From Pristiophorus japonicus (taxonomy: Eukaryota): a DNA stretch of 64,000 nt. The stretch spans positions 496,001 to 560,000 of the forward strand of contig NW_027251843.1 of NCBI RefSeq assembly GCF_044704955.1, read 5' to 3'. Under the pieces are notes generated by a model, which did no database searches, was not told the DNA's origin, and saw only the letters and a list, made by a program, of their open reading frames with translations. Below, one piece after another: positions 1 through 13,459 of the stretch. The translations under genes were made by a program, and so were the position numbers. How positions within the stretch are numbered: the first letter of the stretch is position 1; each line of letters opens with the position of its first letter.

Positions 1-905
1 ACCCCGAGAGGTAATTCAGAGACACTGTGCCTTCGCATTATTAAAGCACAGTCACGACTCAGTCCCAACCCAAACTGGTCCAAGGCAGGAAATGGCCGGC
101 CCATTGACTTCCAGGAGATAAGCTGGTTAAGCAAGATCGGTTTGTGATCGAAACCCATTACCTGCTAATGGGGGCCATCAACTCAGGAAACGATAGACAT
201 CCAGTAATCAGCACCCATTGTCTCTCCAGACGCAAGGCCTGGAGCGGGAAAACAAAATATCATTTTTCACAAAGATTTCAAAGGCTACGGGGGGAGGGGG
301 CCCAGACAGATCACCGGAGTCAATCCATCGGTCAGTATTGGTGGGAGGAAAGGAGATGGGTTTTGGGGATATAAGGAGCCGCTTTGCAACAAGCTCCAGC
401 TCAGGAGGAAGAAAGCTCAGGAAAAAGCTCAGGAAAAAAGCTCAGGAAAAATCCCAAGAAAAAGCTCGGAAAAATGCTCAGGAAAAAGCTCAGGAAAAAG
501 CCCAGGAAAAAGCCCAGGAGCGAGACGTTCAGGAAGAAGCTGCAAGCAAGACAGCGGGCAATCAGGGTGAGCATATTGCCTGCGCCTACACATCCACAAG
601 ACCACTTAGCTGTGTGAGGGGGTGATTGTAAGTCCCAACCAAACCCAAGGGGTTTAGTGCTGCGGGGGTCCTGTGTTAGTTTATTTCATGGGAGCGCTCT
701 TTTATTAAGCCGTGGTAACTTAGCACGGCAGGGCTTATTGGACAGGCCAGGATTGTTTTGCACTGTTTATGAGTTAATCTTATTAAACACAATAGAGTTG
801 AGCCTGAAAAACATGTGTCCGAGTTGGATCTGTCCATATTACCCGTATCGTCCAGAACTAGCAGTAAGAGGTGCATATTAGGTACGCCCGAGAAAAACAT
901 CGACA
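1..905 (+). mobile_element. Probable LTR fragment (U3-R-U5 portion) of an unidentified LTR element
   Basis: TATA-like GGATATAA at ~368, GGTGAGCAT donor-like motif at ~567, ATTAAA at ~783 and ...TCGACA end at 905. The layout resembles the long LTR at 47095-48705. Confidence 0.4.
395..545 (+). repeat. 12-bp tandem repeat (AGCTCAGGAAAA)n
   Basis: About 10 imperfect copies visible directly; they generate the KAQE-repeat ORF 218..625. Confidence 0.85.
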
Positions 906-911
906 GGTATC

Positions 912-1060
912 CCCTCAATACTGCCCCTCTGACAGTGCAGCACTCCCTCAGTCCTGCCCCTCCGGCAGTGCAGCACTCCCTCAGTACTGCCCTTCCGACA
1001 GTGCGGCACTCCCTCAGTACTGCCCCTCTGACAATGCAGCACTCCCTCAGGACTGCACAG
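912..1060. repeat. 33-bp minisatellite (CTCAGTACTGCCCCTCCGACAGTGCAGCACTCC)n, SINE-derived
   Basis: 4-5 tandem copies; the unit matches the GACAGTGCAGCACTCCCTCAG segment of the SINEs at ~3220 and ~25460. Confidence 0.85.
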
Positions 1061-2449
1061 TCGTGTATGTCTTTATTTTGCACTCAGGTCCCTGGAGTGG
1101 GGCTTGAACCCACGATACAACATTGCATCACTGGATGCCGCACAGTCTGAGCTGTGAGTCATATCCCGACCTCAGTTGGAACAGCTCACTCAGAACAAAC
1201 AACAACAGCAACTTTTATACAGCACCTTTAACACAGTAAAACTCCCCGAGCGCTTCACAGAAGCGTTATAGAATAAGGATTGACAGCGAGCCACGTAAGG
1301 AGACATTGAAAATTGCAGCTCAGTCAAATTGTGAGGGAAATTGTCAGTGCTGTCTTCATACCAAAAGGGGGCGATGTTGGTTCTGAAAAGACCACATTTT
1401 TGGACAATTTCTGTGTCACTCAATTGATTGGTTTGTAAAACCCGTTTGTACCAAACCTCCAGTCAGGTTTGCAGAATCATTTCCAGTTCCCCACGTGTCA
1501 TTTGATGGTGGATTTCAGCGTGTATCTCCTCGTCCGCTCGTGAGGCGGTGTCTCAGACCGATTGGCGGGTCAGTAGCCACTCCGCACTGCAGTGAGCATC
1601 GGCAGGCCATTCCACTGTGGGAGGCCTCACTGCGGAGCTCGGTGCACGGGGTATATCCACACAGAGACGCTCTGCCGCCAGGTACAGCAGCAACAACCTG
1701 CATTGCTATAGCAACTGGAACATTAGAACAACATCCCGAGGCAGCTGTCAGAGGCGCAATCTGGTCAAAGTGGTGCTGAGCCAAAAGGGGAGGGGCTGGG
1801 AGGGTGATCAAAACCCTCAGTCACAGATTGGGTGTGAAGGGAGGTCTTAAAAGAGGAGAGGGGTGGAGTGGCAGAGAGGTTTAGGGAGCAGGGAGTTAGG
1901 GCCCAGGCAGCTGAAGGCACGGCCCCCAATGGAGGGGGAAGGGAAGGGGGGATGGATAAGAAGCCTGAGCCAGATACAGCGGCCCCTGAACACAACAACA
2001 ACTTGCATTTATATAGCGAGTGTTGTGACAATGACAGACAGTGAGAATATAACCCTGATAATGTAACACAGTATTTGCAGCACTTGACACTGTGGGGAAA
2101 GCTTGTAATTTTAAATCCATGAGCTGTACATAAGCAACAGCAGGACCTGTTTGTGGCCGGTGCGGAAGGTAGTTACTGCAGGGAATTCAGGGCCACAGTG
2201 ACCTCCTGGACTAGTTTCGCTCGCCTGGGGAGCGGGGGCGGGGTGGGGGGGTCGGAGAGGAGTTTCCCAGATTTATTTCCCCCCAATGGGTTTTTTAACC
2301 TGGTTTTCGCCTCTCCCAGGAGATCAGGTAGTTTTGGGTGGGGTGGAGAGTCTATACTGTGATACACAAGGTATCACAATTGTGTGGGACGGGCTGAATG
2401 GACCACAGGGTCCACGGGTTTGGGATTCAAAGATGTTGAGCTGAATTGG

Positions 2450-3355
2450 AAAGAAAGAATTGCATTTATATAGCGCCTTTCACCACCTCAGGATGTCTGA
2501 ATGCGCTTTACAGCCAACGAAGTACTTTTGAAGTGCAGTCACTGCGGTAATGGAGGAGACACGACAGACAGTTTGTGCACAGCAAGCTCCCACATGTGAC
2601 TATGATCAGAAAATGGGCCCAAATTGCGTATCGCCCCGATTGGGGCGGTAACTTTTCTCACGCCCAATTCCTGCCTGGTAGCGAAATTGGGGTCACGGCC
2701 CCTGACAGGAAGTGGAGCGCAATGTGGCGCACTGCACTTCCCCTGGGGGTGGGCTCGGGGGCGAGTGTCGGGCTGCACCATCGCGGCACCAACCCCGCCA
2801 CATCGGCACAGAAAGGCCCAACCGGTAAGTCGGCAAAAACAAATGGCGGGGCGCGGCGGCACGCACCTCGCGGTAAGCTTCACCCCGCGAGCGAAGTGCC
2901 GCCCGGTTCGTGACCCTCAGACCTGGCACGGACACGGCTCACGGGACACTTTCCATTTTGCGTCTCTGCTAAATCCCGCGGGAGCCGGTATACCCCCCAC
3001 CCCTGGGGGAAAACACTGTCACACCCCGTTAGCGCCCCCGGCGGGGGAATTTTGTCCCCAATCTGTTTCTGTGATGTTGATTGAGGGATAAATATTGGCC
3101 AGGACACCGGGGAGAACTCTCCTGCTCTTCTTCAAAATAGTGGCACGGGATCATTCACGCCCACCTGAGAGAGCACACAGGGGCTCAGTTTAATGTCTAG
3201 TCTGAAAGATGGCCCCTCCAACAGTGCAGCACTCCCTCAGCTCTGCACTGGGACTATCAGTCAAGATTTTTGAGCTTAGTCTCTAGAGTGGGACTTAAAC
3301 CTACAATCTTCAGACTCAGAAGTGAGTGTGCTGCCCATTGAGCCACAGCTGACTG
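2450..3355 (-). mobile_element. DeuSINE/SacSINE1-like tRNA-derived SINE, interrupted by a MITE
   Basis: TTGCATTTATATAGCGCC tail, GAGGGATAAATATTGGCCAGGACACC core and tRNA-like head near 3290-3350. Confidence 0.7.
2615..3059. mobile_element. GC-rich non-autonomous DNA transposon (Harbinger-type MITE)
   Basis: Imperfect TIRs GGGCCCAAATT / AATTTTGTCCC, 3-bp AAT duplication, inserted within a SINE. Confidence 0.6.
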
Positions 3356-3522
3356 ATCTGAAAACTTAAGGCCCATTAATGGCCCATCAGCAGTGTTCGC
3401 CCTCAGTCGGGTGAATAAATCCAGAAATTATGGCCTGAATGATGTTGGCCAGGCAGTTATTTGCTTTATTTTATTTTTAATTTATTTCTACTAAGTTAAT
3501 TCTCAGTCTATTAAATAGAGGC

Positions 3523-6500
3523 ATGGCAGGGCAGTTCTGTCCCGTGGAATGCACAACCTGTGCCATGTGGAAAGTCCTGGACGCTTCTTGTGGCCTGGAT
3601 GACCACATGTGCAGGAAGTGTCACCAGCTACAGCAACTCGAGCTCCGCGTTTCGGAGATTGAGCGGCGGCTGGAGTTACTGCGGTGCATCCGCGAGGCTG
3701 AGAACTTCGTGGATAGCACGTTTCTAGAGGTGGTCAACCCGCAGCTTAAGAGTGTGCAGGCAGAGAGGGAATGGGTGACCACCAGACAGAAGAGGAGGTC
3801 CAGGCAGGTAGTGCAGGAGTCCCCTGAGTCCATCTCGCTCTCCAACCAGTATTGTGTTCTGAGTACTGGTGGGGGCGATGGTTCCTCTAGGAAGTGCAGC
3901 CAGAGCCAAGTCCACGGCACCACGGGTGGCTCAGCTGCACAGGGGGGAGGAAGAAGAGTGGAAGAGCAATAGTGGTAGGGGATTCGATAGTTAGGGTAAC
4001 AGACAGGCATTTCTGCGGCCGCAGACGTGACTCCAGGATGGTATGTTGCCTGCCTGGTGCCAGGGTCAAGGAAGTCACTGAGTGGCTGCAGTACATTCTG
4101 AGGGGGGAGGGTGAACAGCCAGAGGTTGTGGTCCATATCAGTACCAATGACATAGGTAGAAGGAGGGATGAGGTCCTACAGGCAGAGTTTAGGGGGTTGG
4201 GAGAGAGATTAAAAAGCAAGAGCTCAAAGGTAGTAATCTCTGAAACAGTTCTGAATCAATTGAAAGAAACAATTACATCTGTGAGGAGGGATGATATGTC
4301 GGAAGGATCATCAAATGAGGCCATATAGGTCGAATTGAAGAACGAAAAAGGGGTAATCACACTGCTCGGAGTGTACTATAGACCCCCAAACAGTCAGAGG
4401 GAGAGAGAAGAGCAAATATGCAGGCACATTTCTGACAAGTGCAAAATCTATAGGGCAGTAAAAGTAGGGGATTTCAACTACCCTGATATTAACTGGGATA
4501 AAATTAGTGTGAAAGGTATCAAGGGTGTGGAATTCCTAAGATGCATTCAGGAGAACTTTTTTAGCCAGTATGTAACAAGCCCATTTACCTATACTCCTTG
4601 CATTGAAGTATATACCATTGAGCTCTGCCAAACTGCCTTGCTGTCTATTTTCTCGGCTTTGTTTCCTCTGTCTTCCAGATTCACTTTCTACTTTTCTGCT
4701 TTCCAATTCCAGCTTTGCTTCTCTCCCCACTGAATCTATTCTCCAGTTCCCATCCCCCTACCAAGCTAGCTTAAACCCTCCCCAACAGCACTAGCAAACC
4801 CCGCCGCGAGGATATTGGTCCCTCTGTTGAGGTGCAACCTGTCCGGCTTGTACAGGTCCCACCTCCCACAGAAACAATCCCAATGGCTCAGGACACTAAA
4901 GCCCTCCCTCCTGCACCATCTCTCCAGCCACGCATTCATCTGCTCTATCCTCCTATTTTTGAACTCACTAGCACGTGGCACTGGGAGTAATCCGGAGATT
5001 ACTACCTTTTATGTCTTGCTTTTTAATCTCTCACCTAGCTCCCTAAACTCTGCCTGTAGGACCTCATCCCATCAGAGGGAGATAGAAGAGCAAATATGTC
5101 GGCACATTTCTGAGAAGTGCAAAAACTGTAGGGCAGCAATAGTAGGGGATTTCAACTACCCTAATAATAACTGGGATCAAATTAGTGTGAAAGGTATAGA
5201 GGGTGCGGAATTCCTAAAATGCATTCAGGAGAACTTTTTAGCCAGTATGTAACAAGCCCAACAAGGGAGGGGACGGTTCTGGACTTGTTTTTGGGGAATG
5301 TCGAGGGGCAGGTGGAAGAGGTATCAGTGGGAGAGCATTTTGGTGCCAGTGATCAGAATTCCGTTAGATTTAGGGTAGTTATGGAAAAGGACAAAGATAG
5401 ACCGGAATAAAAGTTCTCAATTGGGGAAAAGCCAATTTTGCTGAGCTGAGATGAGATTTGGCCAAAGTGGACTGGAAACAGCTACTTGAAGGTAAATCAG
5501 TGTCAGAGCTGTGGGAGGCATTCAAGGAGGAAATCCTGTGGTTTCAGAGTAAGTCTGTTCCCTTAAAGAAAAAGGGTGGGACTAACAAATCTAGAGGCCC
5601 CTGGATGTCAAGGGAAATACAGTGTAGGATAAAGTAAAAAAGGGAGGCTTATGACAGATACCGAGGGCTCAATACTGCAGGAACTTTAGAGGAGTATAGA
5701 AAGTGCAGGGGTGCAATTGAAAGGAAATTAGGAAAGCAAAGAGAGAGTATGAAAACATTTTGGCAAGTAAAATCAAGGGAAACACAAAGATGTTTTATAA
5801 ATACATTAAGAGCAAGAGGATAATTAAAGAGAGAGTAGGGCCTATTAGAGACCATAAAGGTAATCTGTGTGTGGAGGCAGAAGACATGGGTATGATTCTC
5901 AAGGAATACTTTGCGCCTGTTTTCAGGGCGAAGGAGTGTGAAATATTAGATTAAATAAACATAGTAAGAGAGGAAGTATTAAGGGGCTTAGCAGCTTTGA
6001 ATGTGGACAAATCCCCAGGCCCGGATAAAATGTATCCCAGGCTGTTAAGAGAATCAAAAGAGGAAATAGCAGAGGCTCTGACCAACATTTTCCAATCCAC
6101 TCTGACTCCAGGTGTGGTGCCAGATGACTGGAGGGCTGCTAATGTTGTACCTTTGTTTAAAAGTGAGAAAGGGATAGACCGAGTAATTACAGGCCAGTCA
6201 GCCTAACCTCATGGTGGGAAAATTATTGGAAAAAATCCTGAGAGACAGGATAATCTTCATTTAGATAGACGGATTAATCAAGGACCATCAGCATGGATTT
6301 GTTCATTGAATTCATCGAGGAAGTAATAAGGAGGATCGATGAGGGCAGTGAGTATGATGTTGTGTATATGGATTTTAGCAAGACTTTTGATAAGGTCCCA
6401 CATTGCAGACTGGTCACGAAAGTAAAAGCCCATGGGATCCAGGGCAAAGTGGAAAGTTGGATCCAAAATTGGCTCAGAGGCAGGAAACAAAGGGTAATGG

Positions 6501-6890
6501 TTGATGGGTGTTTTTGTGACTAGAAGCTGTTTCCAGTGGGGTTCCGCAGGGCTCAGTACTAGGTCCCTTACTTTTTGTTGTATATATCAATGATTTAGAC
6601 TTGAATGCAGGGGGTATGATTAAGAAGTTTGCAGACGATTCTAAAATTGGCTGTGTTGTTTATAATTTAGAAGAAAGCTGCAGACTGCAGGAAGATATCA
6701 ATGAAATGGTCAGGTGGGCAGAACATTGGCAAATGGAATTTAATCCGGAGAAGTATGAGTTAATGCTTTTGGGGAATGATAACAAGGCAAGGGAATACAT
6801 ATTAAATTGTGGGACACTGAGGAGTTTTGTGGAACAACGGGACCTTGGTATGCATGTCGACAGATCCCTGAAGGGAGCAGGCCAGGTAGG
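3523..6890 (+). mobile_element. Rearranged, decayed CR1 LINE (ORF1 Cys-rich + SGNH esterase-like; ORF2 endonuclease-RT fragments)
   Basis: CTTC..CRKC, VVGDSIVR, VYYRPPN, GDFNYP, DKSPGPD and KFADD motifs; internal inverted block 4583-5070. Confidence 0.9.
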
Positions 6891-7040
6891 TCGTTTTTTA
6901 CGACAATCCGGCATTTTCTCGGTCACCATTACTGACACGAGCTTTTTATTCCAGATTTATTTAATTAACTGAATTTAAATTCCCCAGCTGCCGTGGTGGG
7001 ATTTGAACTCGTGTCTCTGGATCTTTCGTCCTGGCCATAA
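6890..7040 (-). mobile_element. tRNA-derived SINE fragment
   Basis: Minus-strand B-box GTTCAAATCCCACC; related copy at ~46630-46830. Confidence 0.5.
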
Positions 7041-7479
7041 TAGTCCATAGCTCTTTCAAAGAACCAGCACAGGTTTGATGGGCCGAATGGCCTCCCTCTG
7101 TGCTGTGAGATGCTGTGATTAAGGAGCGGGGCTGCAGCTAGCGTAGACAATGTGGGTTCAAGGGTTGAAAGCAGAGGTTTGGGTGGAGCCCATATAGATA
7201 TACCACAAGGGGGCGCTACAGCATCGATTGATCCAATTATTGGCAACGGGGAAACCGGGGACGGAAATAGCTTCAATAAAATGTATGCTGCGACTTTTGA
7301 AGTGGTCAACACCACCAGCACGATCATAGAATCACAGAAAATTACAGCACTGAAGGAGACCATTTCGGCCCATTGTGTCCGCGCCGGCCAACAAAGAGCT
7401 ACTCAGCCTAATCCCACTTTCCAGCTCTGGGTTGGAGTGCTGCGGCAGGTCAGAGTGCAAAGGTAAGAGCTTGGTAAGT

Positions 7480-10400
7480 GGGTGAGTTCGGGCAAGTGGG
7501 AGCGGGAAGTGTTGCTTTGTCTTGTTTCCCCTACTAGTGCTGACTCCCCGACCTGGGAGAAAAAGAAAACAAAGTGTGACATGACAGCAAGAGGTTCGGG
7601 GACGTCGGAGCGGCCTATAAAGGCCCAGCTGGTGCAGCTGCAGCAGAGAGAGAAAGCAAAAAAGAAGTAGAAAGAAATCGAAAGATGACGTCACAGCCAA
7701 GGGGGTAAGTGATTGGTCAGTAGTTTTTTATTTTTCTTTTCTTTATCAGGAAGTAATCTTTAGCATTATTGTTGCCAAATTAAGTTAATCTAGAGGTTAA
7801 GTCATGACAGGAGAGCTCGGACACGTGTTATGCTCCTCCTGTACTATGTGGGAAGTCAGGAACGCTTCCAGTGTCCCTGATGACTACATATGCGGGAAGT
7901 GTATCCGGCTGCAGCTCCTGACAGACCGAATTGCGGCACGGGTGCTGCGGGTGGATTCACTCTGGAGCATGCGCGATGCTGAGGATGTCGTACATAGCAC
8001 ATTTAGTGAGTTGGTCTTACCGCAGATAAAGGTTACACAGCCAGATAGGGGATGGGTGGCCAACAGGAAGAGCAGTGGAAGGAATCCCCTGCGGTCATCC
8101 CCCTGCAAAACAGATACACCGCTTTGGGTACTGTTGAGGGGGATCACTCATCAGGGGAGGGCAGCAGCAGCCAACTCCATGGCACCGTGGGTGGCTCTGC
8201 TGCATAGGAGGGCAGGAAAAAGAGTGGGAAGCTATAGTGATAGGGGATTCTATTGTAAGGGGAATAGATAGACATTTCTGCGGCTGCAACCGAGACCCCA
8301 GGATGGTATGTTGCCTCCTTGGTGCAAGGGTTAAGGATGTCTCGGAGCGGGTGCAGGACATTTTTAAGGGTGTGTGTAAACAGCCAGTTGTCGTGATGCA
8401 TATAGGTACCAACGATATAGGTAAAAAACAGGATGAGGTCCGACAAGACGAATTTAGGGAGCTAGGAGCTAAATTAAAAAGTAGTAATCTCAGGATTACT
8501 ACCAGTGCCACGTGCTAGTCAGAATAGGAATCGCAGGATAGCTCAGATGAATACGTGACTTGAGGAGTGGTGCAGAAGGGAGGGATTCAAATTCCTGGGG
8601 CATTGGAACCGGTTCTGGGGGAGGTGGGACCAGTATAAACCGGACGGTCTGCACCTGGGCAGGACTGGAACCAATGTCCTAGGGGGAGTGTTTGCAGAAG
8701 CAAAAGATAGAAAGAAGAAAAGCAAAAGTGGAGGGCAGAGAAACCCAAGGCAAAAAGCAAAAAGGGCCACATTACAGCAAAATCCTAAAGGGGCAAAGGG
8801 TGTTAAAAAGAAAAGCCTGAAGGCTCTGTGCCTCAATGCGAGGAGTATTCGGAATAAGGTGGAAGAATTAACTGCGCAGATAGCAGTTAATGGATATGAT
8901 GTAACTGGCATCAGGGAGACATGGCTCCAGGGTGACCAAGGCTGGAAACTCAACATCCAGGGATATTCAACATTTAGGAAGGATAGACAGAAAGGAAAAG
9001 GAGGTGGTGGTGTGGCTGGTTAAAGAGGAAATTAATACAATATTAAGGATGATGTGGAATTTGTATGGGTGGAGATACGGAATACCAAAGGGCAGAAAAC
9101 GTTAGTGGGAGTTGTGTACAGACCACCAAACAGTACTAATGAGGATGGGGACAGCATCAAACAAGAAATTAGGGATGCGTGCAATAAAGGTACAGCAGTT
9201 ATCATGGACGACTTCAATCTACATATTGACTGGGCTCACCAAACTGGTAGCAATGCGGTGGAGGAGGATGTCCTGGAACGTATTAGGGATGGTTTTCTAG
9301 ACCAATATATCGAGAACCAACGAGAGTGCTGGCCATCCTAGACTGGGTGATGTGTAATGAGAAAGGATGAATTAACAATCTTGTTGTGCGAGGCCCCTTG
9401 GGGAAGAGTGACCATAATATGGTAGAATTCTTTATTAAGATGGAGAGTGACACAGTTAATTCAGAGACTAGGTTCGTGAACTTGGGGAAACCAATTGAAC
9501 AAGTACTTTGGTTCGGTATTCACTGAGGCGGACACAAACAACCTTCTGGATATAAAAGGGGTCGGAGGGTCTAGTAAGGAGGAGGAACTGAGGGAAATCC
9601 TTATTAGTCGGGAAATTGTGTTGGGGAAATTGATGGGATTGAAGGCCGATAAATCCCCAGGGCCTGATGGACTGCATCCCAGAGTACTTAAGGAGGTGGC
9701 CTTGGAAATAGTGGATGCATTGACAGTCATTTTCCAACATTCCATTGACTCTGGATCAGTTCCTATCGAGTGGAGGGTAGCCAATGTAACCCCACTTTTT
9801 AAAAAAGGAGGGAGAGAGAAAACAGGGAATTACAGACCGGTCAGCCTGACATCGGTAGTGGGTAAAATGATGGAATCAATTATTAAGGATGTCATAGCAG
9901 TGCATTTGGAAAGAGGTAATATGATAGGTCCAAGTCAGCATGGATTTGTGAAAGGGAAATCATGCTTGACAAATCTTCTGGAATTTTTTGAGGATGTTTC
10001 CAGTAGAGTGGACAAGGGAGAACCAGTTGATGTGGTATATTTGGACTTTCAGAAGGCTTTCGACAAGGTCCCACACAAGAGATTAATGTGCAAAGTTAAA
10101 GCACATGGGATTGAGGGTGGTGTGCTGACATGGATTGAGAACTGGTTGTCAGACAGGAAGCAAAGAGTAGGAGTAAATGGGGACTTTTCAGAATGGCAGG
10201 CAGTGACTAGTGGGGTACCGCAAGGTTCTGTGCTGGGGCCCCAGCTGTTTACACTGTACATTAATGATTTAGACGAGGGGATTAAATGTAGTATCTCCAA
10301 ATTTGCGGATGACACTAAGTTGGGTGGCAGTGTGAGCTGCAAGGAGGATTCTATGAGGCTGCAGAGCGACTTGGATAGGTTAGGTGAGTGGGCAAATGCA

Positions 10401-13400
10401 TGGCAGATGAAGTATAATGTGGATAAATGTGAGGTTATCCACTTTGGTGGTAAAAACAGAGAGACAGACTATTATCTGAATGGTGACAGATTAGGAAAAG
10501 GGGAGGTGCAAAGAGACCTGGGTGTCATGGTACATCAGTCATTGAAGGTTGGCATGCAGGTACAGCAGGCGGTTAAGAAAGCAAATGGCATGTTGGCCTT
10601 CATAGCGAGGGGATTTGAGTACAAGGGCAGGGAGGTGTTGCTACAATTGTACAGGGCCTTGGTGAGGCCACACCTGGAGTATTGTGTACAGTTTTGGTCT
10701 CCTAACCTGAGGAAGGACATTCTTGCTATTGAGGGCGTGCAGCGAAGGTTCACCAGACTGATTCCCGGGATGGCGGGACTGACCTATCAAGAAAGACTGG
10801 ATCAACTGGGCTTGTATTCACTGGAGTTCAGAAGAATGAGAGGGGACCTCATAGAAACGTTTAAAATTCTGACGGGGTTAGACAGGTTAGATGCAGGAAG
10901 AATGTTCCCAATGTTGTGGAAGTCCAGAACCAGGGGACACAGTCTAAGGATAAGGGGGAAGCCATTTAGGACCGAGATGAGGAGGAATTTCTTCACCCAG
11001 AGAGTGGTGAACCTGTGGAATTCTCTACCACAGAAAGTTGTTGAGGCCAATTCACTAAATATATTCAAAAAGGAGTTAGATGAAGTCCTTACTACTAGGG
11101 GAATCAAGGGGTATGGTGAGAAAGCAGGAATGGGGTACTGAAGTTGCATGTTCAGCCATGAACTCATTGAATGGCGGTGCAGGCTAGAAGGGCCGAATGG
11201 CCTACTCCTGCACCTATTTTCTACGTTTCTATGTTTCTATGAAAGGTAATTTCAATGCTTTGAGTTGTGAATTGGCTCGAAAAGACTGGCGAATGACACT
11301 TAAAGGGTGGACGGTGGATAGACAATGGCAAACATTTGAAGATCACAGGGATGAATTTCAACAATTGTACATCCCTGTCTGGAGTAAAAATAAAACGGGG
11401 AAGGTGGCTCAACCGTGGCGAACAAGGGAAATTAAGGATAGTGTTAAATGCAAGGAAGAGGCATATAAATAGGCCAGAAAAGGCAGCAAACCTGAGGGCT
11501 GGGAGAATTCTGCAATACGGCAGAGGAGGACAAAGGGTTTAATTAGGAGGGGGAAAATAGAATATGAGAGGAAGCTTGCTGGGAAAATAAAAACTGACTG
11601 GAAAAGCTTCTTTAGATATGTGAAGAGAAAAAGATTAGTGAAAACAAACGTAAGTCCCTTGCGGTCAGATTCAGGTGAATTTATAATGTGGAACAAAGAA
11701 ATGGTGGACCAGTTAAACAAATACTTTGGTTCTGTTTTCACGAAGGAAGACACAAATAACCTTCCGGAAATACTAGGGAACCGAGGATCTAGTGAGAAGG
11801 AGGAACTGAAGGATATCCTTATAAAGTGGGAAATTGTGTTCGGGAAATTGATGGGATTGAAGGCCGATAAATCCCCGGAGCCTGATAGTCTGCATCTCAG
11901 AGTATTAAGGAAGTGGCCCTAGAAATAGTGGATGCATTGATGATCATTTTCCAACAGTCTATTGACTCTGGATCAGTTCCTATGGACTGGAGGGTAGCTA
12001 ATGTAACACCACTGTTTAAAAATGGAGGGAGAGAGAAAATGGGTAATTATAGACCGGTTAGCCTGACATCAGTAGTGGGGAAAATGTTGGAATCAATTAT
12101 TAAAGATGAAACAGCAGCGCATTTGGAAAGCAGTGACAGGATCGGTCCAAGTCAGCATGGATTTATGAGAGGGAAATCATGCTTGACAAATCTTCTGGAA
12201 TTTTTTGAGGATGTAACTAGTAGAGTGGACAAGGGAGAACCAGTGGATATGGTGTATTTGGACTTTCAACAGGCTTTTGCCAAGGTCCCACACAAGAGAT
12301 TGGTGTGCAATAGCAAAGCACATGGTATTGGGATAATATACTGACGTGGAGAGAGAACTGGTTGGCAGACAGGAAGCAGAGAGTCGGGATATACACATGC
12401 TTTTCAGAATGGCAGGCAGTGACTAGTGGGGTGCCGCAAGGCTCAGTGCTGGGACCCCAGCTCTTTACAATATACATCAATGATTTAGATGAAGGAATTG
12501 AGTGTAATATCTCCAAGTTTGCAGATGAGACTAAACTGGGTGGCAGTGTGAGCTGTGAGGCGGACGCTAAAAGGCTGCAGAGTGACTTGGATAGGTTAGG
12601 TGAGTGGGAAAATGCATGGCAGATGCAGTATAATGTGGATAAATGTGAGGTTATCTAATTAGGGGGCAAAAACACGAAGGCAGAATATTATCTGAATGGC
12701 GGCAGATTAGGAAAAGGGGAGGTGCAACGAGACCTGGGTGTCCTGGTTCATCAGTCATTGAAAGTTGGCATGCAAGTTCAGCAGTTGGTGAAGACGGCAA
12801 ATGGTATGTTGGTCTTCATAGCTAGGGGATTTGTGTATAGGAGCAGGGAGGTCTTACTGCATTTGTACAGGGCCTATGTGAGGCCTCACCTGGAACATTG
12901 TGTTCTGTTTGGGTCTCCTAATCTGAGGAAGGTTGTTCTTGCTATTGAGGGAGTGCAGCGAAGGTTCACCAGACTGATTCACGGGGTGGCAGGACTGACT
13001 TATGGGGAGAGACTGAATCAACTGGGCATTTATACACTGGAGTTTAGAAGGATGAAAGGGTATCTCATAGAAACCTATAAGATTCTGATGGGACTGGCCA
13101 GGTTAGATGCGGGAAGAATGAACCCGATGATGGGGAAGTCCAGAACCAGGGGACACAGTCTTAAGATAAGTGTTGGGCCATTTAGGACTGAGATGAGGAG
13201 AAACTTCTTCACTCAGAGAGTTGTTAACCTGTGGAATTCACTCCCGCAGAGAGTTGTTGATGCCAGTTCATTGGATATATTCAAGAAGGAGTTAGATATG
13301 GCCCTTTCGGCTGAAGGGATCAAGGGGTATGGAGAGAAAGCAGGAAAGGTGTACTGAGGGAATGATCAGCCATGATCTCATTGAATGGTGGTGCAGGATC

Positions 13401-13455
13401 GAAGGGCCAAATGGCTTATTCCTGCACCTATTTTCTATGTTTCTATGTTTCTATG
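7480..13455 (+). mobile_element. Near full-length decayed CR1 LINE (5'UTR, ORF1 from 7804, ORF2) with a nested younger CR1
   Basis: ORF1 CSSC/CGKC + GDSIVR; ORF2 [16 protein letters not shown] and FADE motifs; (TTTCTATG)n tail at ~13432-13455. Confidence 0.9.
9491..11240 (+). mobile_element. Young 5'-truncated CR1 insertion with uninterrupted RT ORF (9495-11141, 548 aa)
   Basis: Open RT domain ([31 protein letters not shown]), TTTCTATG tail, GAAA at both junctions; the host CR1 resumes at 11241. Confidence 0.9.
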
Positions 13456-13459
13456 GGTC

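Noticed and set aside
218-625. Lys/Glu-rich protein ORF
   Set aside because: It is a by-product of a 12-bp tandem repeat, with a non-ATG start.
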